A stretch of DNA of 64,000 bases from Octopus sinensis (taxonomy: Eukaryota): positions 143,406,001-143,470,000 of the forward strand of contig NC_042998.1 of the NCBI RefSeq assembly GCF_006345805.1, given 5' to 3'. The notes beneath the pieces were generated by a model, which was not told the DNA's origin, did not search any database, and saw nothing but the letters and a program-made list of their open reading frames with translations. The position numbers and the translations under genes are program-made. Positions within the stretch are counted from its first letter, which is position 1, and the number at the start of each line of letters is the position of its first letter. Shown here in pieces: positions 53,219 through 64,000 of the stretch.

Positions 53219-53586
53219 TATTTATGTATGTATGTTTGCATATGCATATGTTGTTTGTGAATAAGTATATATAAAAATTTTGCTGACGTATTCAAGAAAT
53301 ACACACATTTCTGCTGCGATATACATAGCTACATGCACCGACGCAGAAGCTGACATAGTGATGAGTTCAATGAAACGCTTACCCATGCATCAACACCACC
53401 ACCGCCGCCGCCGCAACCGCCACCACCACCACCGCCGCCGCCGCAACCGCCACCACCACCACTACACTACGTAATTTCATAGAAAACTATACTATACAAC
53501 ATTAATCATTGCAATTATTCACAAACATATACATTCCGCAGGTGTGCGCATGTGTATAAGTATGCAATGTTTTCAAGCTGCATGTA

Positions 53587-53640
<54 letters not shown>

Positions 53641-54894
53641 ATATGTATGTATGTATAAACACAAGTACACACACACACAATATATATGCATATGTGTGTG
53701 TGTGTGTTTTTGTGCGTGAGTGTATGTGTCTGTGCGCATCTATGTGCGCGCGCGTGTGTGCGTATGCGTACACACGCGCGCGTATACACACGTATACGCA
53801 ACTGTAGTAATACTAAAATAGCCATCTACGTATCATAATTAATGTATATACATCTTAGACAGGTAATTTTCTGTGATTTTCGAGCAGAGATGATACTTCT
53901 TATGGAGGTTTAGTTTTTGAAAAGATAATTATATCAGATGGAGACGAAAAATTATCTCAGTTGTAGCAAGCGAAAATGCTGGATGAATTTCAGCCTTTTT
54001 GGGCCTTGTCAGTGGCATGTACTCACAGCCAGAATCATGATTTGAAGAGAATTGCAGCCTCCTATATAGGTATCAGTGAATAAATCTTTCCTAGTTATTG
54101 CGAATATCTGCAATTTTTATTCAAATGAACTTTGACATATTTTGCATCACGGAACTTTAAGTTCACTAGAGTATGTTACATAATGCTAAATCTTACATCC
54201 TTCATACCGACATATTCTTTACCACCATGTATTTCAATCAAATATGTCTTCCATCACGATATCCTTAACGTCCGTTCATATTATGGGCTACAGTTACTCC
54301 GTCATCTTGTTTTTTTTTCTCTCTATTTCTCAGCAAAAATAGACCAACGACATTCGATCATCCTGATCACTCATACACACATCGAAGAGCTCTTTACCAC
54401 GTTTCTTAACCCAGAAGGAGCCTCTATAAAATACCAGTGACATCGTTGTGTTCATTTTAGTTTTGATAATGGTGGTGATAGCCGTGAATATTATAATGAG
54501 TGGGGTTTTAGGAAAAATATTTCTAGAAATGCATAGAAATATTTCGATGTGTGTGTGTGTCCGCGTGCGTGTGTGTGTATGTATGTGTGTTTCTGTGTAC
54601 ATGTTCATTTATACGTGTACATATATAAGCATACATACATATATACGTGTGTGTGCGTGTGTGTGTGTACGCATCAATGGATGGTTGTAAGTGTGCGCGC
54701 ACGCATTTACTGAAATTTATCTATTTGAGTTTGGGTTATCTTTTTTACTTACTACCCTTTTAAACAAAACTCTATAAGTAATAATCTCCCATATCATATA
54801 ACAAAGTGAACAGCATCGAATACATACACCGCCTTGTTTTTATGTAACTGTATGCGAGATCTGGTGAGCCAATGGGAAACGCGCATTCTTTCGC

Positions 54895-55215
54895 CATCTT
54901 ATATTATACTTAAAATTAGATGGTCCGAACACATAAGCAATATGGAGCTATGGCAAAGAACAAATCAAGTTTCGATTAGGAAGCAAATATTTAAGAAAAA
55001 GTGGAAGTGGATTGGTAGCACAATTAGAAAAGAAACACCAAATGTAACAAAAAGTGCTTTACAGTGGAAACTGGATGGATATAGAAAGAAAGGTAGGCCT
55101 AAGAACTCGTGGCGTAGGTCAACACAAAAGGAACTAGAGAAAGGGAGACATTCATGGCAGAGTATAAGTACAGAAGCCAAAAATTATGCGACATGGAATT
55201 CAACTATAAGTGGCC
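54895..55215 (+). mobile_element. RTE-clade LINE 3' coding fragment
   Basis: ILKIRWSEHISNMELWQRT...KWKWIGSTIRK...ALQWKLDGYRKKGRPKNSWRR. Confidence 0.8.
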
Positions 55216-56283
55216 TTTATTCCGCGTTGGAGAGTTAAAGGCAGAAAGAAGAAAGAAGATATTTATCATCTGTTTTTTTTTTCTCTATGAAATAATCTGT
55301 AGGTATGTATTATGGAGTAAAGACTCTGAGAAATGACTAACGACTAATAAATAATTCAGCAAAGCAAATTTACTATACTTTATTATTAGGATTGATTAAC
55401 TTTTCCCTTTCGTATGTATGTATGCATATCCTGGGTACGACTTTAAACTGCATCCGTTGTGGGATCCTAGAAACTTCAGGGTTGTGAGGAGTGTGGAACC
55501 ACTTCTTAGCCGCTATTGTTCGTAGATCCACTCCAGGTCAGAGTGAGTGAGTGAGTGAGTGTGTGTGTATGTATGTATGCATGCATGTATGTATGTATGC
55601 ATGCATGCGTGCGTGTGTGCGTGTGTATATGTGTGCATATCTATCTATCTGTGCGTGTTTGTGTGAATATATGCATGTATACATGCGTATACATGTATCC
55701 GCACCAACTGGAGGCGCACAGTTTCAAAGCAGGATAGAAGTGATCTAGAAGGTCATGGACAGAAGCTCAGAGATGCCACTGGCAACAAGGAAGCACAAAT
55801 AGACGGCGATCACTTGTGAAGATAGCAATCACCATGAATCTATGTATGTATGTATGTATGTGCCTTTCCGTGTATGCGTGAGTATTTATGCGTATGCATA
55901 TGTGTGTAACTGCGTACGTATTTATGTGCATGTATGCACGTGTATGTGCGTATATGCTTACATTCATCTGTAAATGCATATACACGGTATTTATGTATAC
56001 AGTTTAACATATATTGCAATACGTTAGTTAAAAAAAAAAAGAAAAGAAAAAAAGAAAACATCACTGATAGCTAAATTTTGCTAACCAATTCGTCTAACAT
56101 GGAAACGTGATAAAATTAATATCTTCGGATTTCAAAAAATTCATTTTGTTTTTAATAACTGATATTTATCAGAAATGAAAGCTGCCATGTAAATTTTTCG
56201 GAATTTCAATTCATCCAATTAATCTGAATATCTGTAAGTTCGATAAAATATCAATTAAGTAATATTCAGTTATGATTTAAATA

Positions 56284-56485
56284 TAAGGCGGCAGAATTGT
56301 TAGTACGCCGCACAAAATGCTTAGCGGCATTTCTTCTGGCTCTTTTCTTTGTGAGTTCTAATCCCGCCGAAGTCAACTTTGCATTCCATCTCTTTTGGGT
56401 AGATAAAATAAACAGTCAATTACTAGCGCCGATGTACTTGATTGCCCCTCCCCTCAAAATTACTGGCTTTGTACAAACATTAGAG
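56284..56485 (+). mobile_element. SINE family B
   Basis: AAGGCGGCAGAATTGTTAGTACGCCG...CAAAATTACTGGCTTTGTAC. Confidence 0.75.
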
Positions 56486-56597
56486 AGAATTTTGAGTGCG
56501 TGTGTGACAAATACAAGATAGCGAAAGAATGCACGTTTCCCATTGGCACACCAGATCTCGTGTTACAGTTACATAAAAACAAAGCGGTATATGTATT

Positions 56598-56639
<42 letters not shown>

Positions 56640-57929
56640 ATACACACACACACACACATATATGAGCGGTGGCGAGCTGGCTGTATTGTTATCACGTCGG
56701 ATAAAATGTTTAGCGGGACCATATTTAATACATGATTCTATCTCTTGAGAAACTATATTTTTTTTTTATAGATCAACATGCCATATAAACTATGAAACTG
56801 TCAAGCCTTTTGGCGAGATATCCATAGAAATAAGGACCTGTTACTAAAGTGTATTTACTAGCTCAAAGACAACTAAGAAATTCAAGAACATAATTAATAA
56901 ATACTAGCGGGATCCGTGAATATTTCACAGAATTAATGGTAAACCTACTGGATTATTTCTGAAAACTTTATCCAAATAACCTGAAAGCATTATTGAAAAG
57001 TGGAAGAAATCGGAATACGATGATTATTTAATGCACTTTATATATACACTTTATATACTTTATGCTTAATACACAGCACTCATAAAATAAATATTCACTC
57101 ATATTTTTCCATTTACCCCATTAAAAAAATTGCCGTACATATGATAAAATCTTTTGTTAAATTGCATATATCTGCCACGTAAATAAGCGTGAATATTTCA
57201 CGGAATTGCACTTATGCATATGCGTTAAGTAATAGATGATATAAAAATTTAGTTCATTTAAAAAAAGGTAGTTTTCATTCACCATTCACCACTGCCACAT
57301 CCACCACCACCACTACCTCCATCTCCACCAGCAACATCTCTCTCTCTTCCCCTTCTCTCTCCCTCTTCTCCCTCTCTTCCTCCTCTCTCTTTGCCTTTCT
57401 TTAACCTCACCATCAGAACATCACCCCTTTGCTAAAATTATATTTTAAACTCTCCTCCTCTATATCATCACTACATTCAGTTAACTTTTTACCACGCAAT
57501 AAACATTACGTTTCCCCTACCTCACGTCATGAACACTTCTCTCTCCGTCTTTTTATTTCTCCCTCTTTCTGTCTCACGCATCACATTATCCTCTTTCTTT
57601 CTCTCTCTCCTTTTTCTTTCTCCTTCTTGTTCTCTCTTTCCTTTCAATTAACCAAGTGAAATCGTTACAATTACGTTTCCTCTATCACACGCCATGGATG
57701 ATTCTCTCTCCTTCTTATCCTCTCTCCGCCTTTTCTCTCTCCGTCTTTTTCTTTCTCTCTCTCTCTCTCTCTCTTTTCTTTCTCACTCTTTTTCTCTAAT
57801 AACGTGGAAGTGTTACGGACGGACTAAGTAATGGAATGACAAGTAGAATTATTATAAGATTTGAAGAAAGTTAAATTTGTAATGTCTTCTAATATCCAAA
57901 ACTTTAGCACATTCAAATTCCATCTATCT

Positions 57930-58270
57930 TGAATTTACTGCAGATATTCATCCACTAATCGTTTGAATGTTATGAGATCTTTTTCTTTTCTTATGTATTA
58001 TATCCTGGCATGATATTAAAGAGAGCAGGGCCAGTTGTGCTGAGATAGTTCTGTCTTAGTGTTGTGATATTACACGAAGATGATTTTTGCAGAGGACGAT
58101 GGTACGGGGACCAAGCATTAGATGAATTTTAAAGTTGATGCCAACATCATTTGGGCAAAGCTATTGGAATATTTTCTCCGTCATACAAATGATATAATGC
58201 TCACAGTGGCGTCGGAAGGAATAAATTTTGAGCTTCTCGAGCCGATCCCAATAATCAAGACGTAACATTT
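57930..58270 (-). pseudogene. Old CR1-type LINE C-terminal fragment
   Basis: LDYWDRLEKLKIYSFRRHCEHYII...TGPALFNIMP aligns with the C-terminus of the CR1 at 60642. Confidence 0.7.
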
Positions 58271-59529
58271 AGTCTACTTTTTTTCTTTCATTGATTTGTA
58301 GGGTGCTTCAAATTTTATATTTTGTTTATTGTAGAGAGGCCACAGAGGACGGTATTATTCAGGGTGGACGGACGAAGGAAGAGAAGAGAAAAATAATGGC
58401 AGAAGCGTCTGTTGAGCGAAAAATCCTGTGGATCCAGGAGCGCAGCCTACGGGCTATGCTGGTTTTACTGTTTATGTGGGCACTCTAGTTGTCGACAGTT
58501 ACTCCGAGTTCTCTAGCAGCATTTGATGCCACGAGATTTTCGCCAGGGGGAAGCGTGAGTGATAGCTCACGTTTCTTATGAAAATAAATCCATTTCCAGG
58601 TTTACCGTTTCTTATGAAAATAAATCCATTTCCATGTTTCATCTATAAAATTGTTTAGTGTCCTTGCAAAGGGTGACTCGATGGAGTAACGGAGTCAAGC
58701 TTTAATTTGTTATCATCGAATAAATTCTATATCGCATACACCAGGAGTTACTGCACCTTGTGCGCCATTTACTCCTAGTTTATATGATATGTATTATTTC
58801 GTCTATTTGCATATGTACGACTATATTATTTAATAAGTCCTTTCTTAAATTAAAGACAGTGACGAGTGAATGGAGAGAAATAAGAGTACAGCACTTGGAA
58901 AGTACTTTACTTGTCAGACATAGATGAACGACTTTCGCTTAATTTGAACTCGAAATGTAAATGGGCATAACCACAAAACATTTTGTTCTTAATTCTATCG
59001 ATGGCGCCGTCTAGCGCAGCGTACATAGCTAAATGTTACGTGTACTTATATGCACAATCTATAATACGTGTGTGTATGTATGTATTTACTTGTGTGTGTA
59101 TGTGTGTGTGTGTGTAGTTTCTTAAATTTCTTTGTTATTCTACATCTGTATTTGTATATATCTTTTTGTTTGTATTGAATGTTGCTTATGCATTTAATTT
59201 CCTTCACTTAATTATGTTAGAGCACTTTTGTGAGTGTGTGTGTGTATGTGTGTGTTTGTGTGTGTGTGTTTAAGTTCGTTGGTTCACATCTACTTAATTA
59301 GTAAAACACGCCTTTCATTTGCCATCGTTTCTGCTCCAAACGCACGTGCGCACATGCACACGTACGCACACATCAGTATGTACACAGACACACATAAACA
59401 CATGCACACACACATATACATATATATATATGCACACATAGATATACATCTATCTATCTATATATATATATACATATACATACACATATGTATATATGTA
59501 TTTATGCATATATATACATATATATATAT

Positions 59530-59603
<74 letters not shown>

Positions 59604-59813
59604 TGTATACACACACATACATACACATATAAACCTATGAATATATATACATACATGCATACATATACACACAAGTACGGATATGTAGGCGGGTATATAC
59701 ATGTTTTTCGTTTATCTGTGTTTTTCATTAACGAGTGTATATAGTTAATGTAATTAGCTCAAGTGTTCACTAATATATTCATATGTGCAAAAACAAACAC
59801 GCTCAAGCACACA

Positions 59814-59861
<48 letters not shown>

Positions 59862-60159
59862 GACATATATACACATACAATCGTAAATACACATGCATAC
59901 TTACAGGCACACGCTAACATTTGTATGTGTGAGCGTGTGGACGTGTGCATGTATATATAGATGTATGAATGTATGTATATATATATTTATGTGTGTGTGT
60001 GCGTGTCTATACATATATGTGTGAGCGTGTGTTCTGACTGGCTTTACAGTACCTAATTCTTAGATTTCTTTCTACCACCGGATCACATCACCTTATTCAT
60101 TCGGAGTACGCCATTCTTGCACCTTGATTATATGTGTGTGTATATATCTCTTATTATAA

Positions 60160-60310
60160 TATACATATAAAACTGAGAATGTCTGTTTGTCTGTATGTGT
60201 GCATCACTAAAACTCAAGAACTACCCAAATTTTATACATTCCTTACTAAGGGTCCATGCAGTGTCATGGGCCAAAAAAAAAAATCAGCTTCTTGCCTAAT
60301 GCGTGCTCAG
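60160..60310 (+). mobile_element. Possible Helitron-like 5' fragment
   Basis: ATATAAAACTGAGAATGTCTGTTTGTCTGTATGT...AACTACCCAAATTT resembles the starts at 10550 and 23995 in style. Confidence 0.3.
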
Positions 60311-60524
60311 AGCTATCTTTTATCTCTTACACTATTTCAGTATTACGTGTCAAAAGTGAAACAATAACATCTCTATTGTAATGTGCGATAATACTTTCAG
60401 TATTAATAGTGAAACCATTAATACTTTCACTATGATATATTTATGTATGTGTATGTATGTATATGTATGCATGTATATCTATGTATATTTATGTATACAT
60501 ATATACGTATATATAATATTTATG

Positions 60525-60571
<47 letters not shown>

Positions 60572-60574
60572 GTA

Positions 60575-61782
60575 TTTTTTTTTAGTTTCAGCTCAGAGCT
60601 GCGGCCATGCTGATGCACCGCCGTTTTGTGCTACACTGTTATTACGACGAACCTCGTCTAATATGTGGCACTTGGTGAAGAATGGAGTTTGATATAGCTA
60701 CTCTCATTTGCACCTCTTGCCGTGAGGTAGGTTCATCTGGGACTCTTGACAGGAAGATGTCCAGCTTTAATTTAAAAACCGCTACATCTACTTTGTGCAA
60801 GTTCCTCAGACTCTTTGGAAGAATATTAAAAAGCTGTGGGCCCTTGAAACCCAGGCTGTTGCGGAAGCTGGTCCTGAAGCGTGATGGCATTGCTGGGATC
60901 TTTGGCACTATGCAGTGTCGTCCCGTTCTAGCATTGGTGTAGCTTACAATGCCAAAATTTGGCACAATTCCTTCCAGGATCTTCCAGACATATATTACTG
61001 CATACCTCTCCCGTCTTCTCTCCAGGGAGTAGAGTCTTAGCTGTTTCAACTTTTCCCAGTAGCTGAGCTGTTGCAAAGAGACGATCTTCTTTGTGAATCT
61101 TCTCTGGATTGCTTCAAGGTCCGCTGTTAATTTTACACTGGTGGGTTGCCATAGCTGTGAGCAGTAATCCAGGCGGCTGAGGACGAATGTCCGCCAGAGG
61201 ACTATCATGGTTTCCTTATCTCTGGTTCTGAATGTTCTTAGAATCCTCCCAGCCAGTCGTCTGCACTTTGTCGCCATCCTGGTAATGTGCACTTGGAAAG
61301 AGGTATCATCACTCATGTCGATACCCAGGTCCCTCACAGACTTAGGCTCTGGGATTGAAATTCCCTGTGGACCGGTGTATCCTGTAAGTTTAATATTCAG
61401 TTTTGGATGCTGGTAGCGCAGGGCCTGGAATTTTTCAGCATTAAACTGCATATTATTATCCTCAGCCCATCTGTAGATTGAGTCTAACTCCTGCTGCAGT
61501 TGTGCAACATCGCTGGGGTTCTGTATTTTCTGCGAGACTTTCGTATCGTCTGCATAGCTGGCCAGAGTGGCTATCCGGGCATTTGAGAGCATATCTGAGA
61601 GGGCCACTACAAAAAGCAGTGGTCCCAAGACAGTGCCCTGTGGAACACTGCTCACTATTTGTGTGTTCATAGAGGTGGCTCCATTAACCACTACTGCCTG
61701 ACTCCTATCTTTCAGGAAGTCATGCAACCACACTCCAAGTTTTCCAGCTATGCCGAGGTCACGCAGTTTGTGGCATATCATA

Positions 61783-61785
<3 letters not shown>
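60575..61785 (-). mobile_element. 5'-truncated CR1-clade LINE: uninterrupted RT C-terminal ORF of about 380 codons plus a short 3' UTR, inserted between TA tracts
   Basis: [60 protein letters not shown]; stop at 60642-60644. Confidence 0.92.
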
Positions 61786-61865
<80 letters not shown>

Positions 61866-61968
61866 ATGTATATATGTGTATGTGTATACGTATATATATA
61901 TATGTGTGTGTTTGTATATGTATATATGTATATATATGTATGTATGTATGTATACATACATACATACA

Positions 61969-62546
<578 letters not shown>

Positions 62547-62572
62547 TTATATCTATCTATCTATCTATCTAC

Positions 62573-62622
<50 letters not shown>

Positions 62623-62659
62623 GTCTATCTATCTATCTATGTATCTATCTATCTATTTA

Positions 62660-62714
<55 letters not shown>

Positions 62715-64000
62715 GGATATATAATATATATACAAATATATATATATATATATACAAATACTAAAGGTTGTCACCAACTCCCCCATGCAATTTCCTCCCA
62801 CCCGGTGCAACCTGTCGGCTCCAGCACATCCCGATTTCCTATATGTGCGTGTATATGTGTATGTGTGTGTGTGTGCGTATGTATGTGCACATACGTGTAC
62901 GTATGTGTACATATATACATATATGTACATGTGAGTGTGTGTGTGTGTGTGTGGGTGTGTGTATGTGCATATACGGTTCCCTGCATTTTCCTCCTATATA
63001 TACAAATTTTGTCTCCCATATATGACTTCTTTTCCCTAAATATTTCTTCTCCTACACCCATATCCTCCCTATGTAGTCTCTTTAATTCCCTATATCTATA
63101 CCCTTTCACATTTCTAACTCGGATGTCGAACGCACACCGCCAAACTCCACTTCCCACCCTTCCAATTTTCAGTTCCCCCCCATCTCATGTTAAACTTTAC
63201 CAAATTATATTTTTATCTTATTTTATGTTATTTTTATTTTTATTTTTACTTTTATTTTTACTTTTATCCTACTTCCATTTATCTTTATTTTTAATTTTAT
63301 TTTTACTTTTATTCTACTTCCATTTATTCTCATTTTTATTTTCATCCCTTACCTTAACTCTTATAATTTTTATAATTCTTATATTTCATTTCTAACTATT
63401 ACATTGTATTTCTTATTTTATACTGTATTTTTTATTTCTAATCTTTACCCTTACCCTCATTCTTACCCATAACTTATCGCTTTACACCTCTATATATGTT
63501 TATTTACTTACCTATGGATCCACTTTTTGACTATACGAGCGTCCGCGTACGTGTGTATACGCATACATACATATGCACGCGCATATATGTACATGCATAC
63601 TTCGATATCTTATAGCTATACCCATGTGCGCGTGTGTCTCTGTCTCTGTGTGTGTATATGAGTGTATATGTGCACGCACATACGGACACATAGCCGTGTA
63701 TGCGTGCACGTATAGACATGAGTACGGGATTCTTTAAATACGTTCTTATACACATCCTTTAATATCTTATACCTAGACCTAGAGGCGTGGGCATATACGT
63801 GTGTGTATGTAGTGATGGGCGCGCGTATATACATGTGAGTGTGTACGCGTATAATGTCCGCGTATACATGCGGATATTGTTGTATGTATGTGTGTGTACG
63901 CGGTGCGTGTGGGTGCGTGTGTGTTATGTACGTGTTTACACGCGCGAGTGCGTGTGTATGCTTATAGGCTTGGAGGCGTATGTGTACGCGTGTATGTGGG

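Overview
Eukaryotic, AT-rich, repeat-saturated DNA. I found no host exon, rRNA, true tRNA or CRISPR array. The SINE families and repeat mix look like octopod cephalopod DNA, but that is an inference from recall. Most long ORFs in the track are translations of microsatellites. Real coding remnants are all transposon-derived: Tx1/L1 (5683-7771), HERO-like (about 8290-8530), Dong/R4 (12735-14351), two Penelope-like elements (PLEs; 18767-21480 and about 50195-52340), a Helitron helicase (about 45640-46620), RTE, CR1 (two, plus an L2/CR1-like relic) and a mariner 5' end. There are also more than 25 tRNA-headed SINE copies in four families and several foldback/MITE elements. The main result is not visible in the ORF track: at least six unrelated non-coding repeat families carry hammerhead ribozyme cores. 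Several have the partial-tandem plus inverted-5'-arm architecture of PLE insertions and end in (TA)n tracts, which suggests a retrozyme-like system. Other retroelements sit in their own microsatellite types (Tx1 in TATC, Dong in TAA), and two SINE families share 3' tails with LINEs present in the same window.
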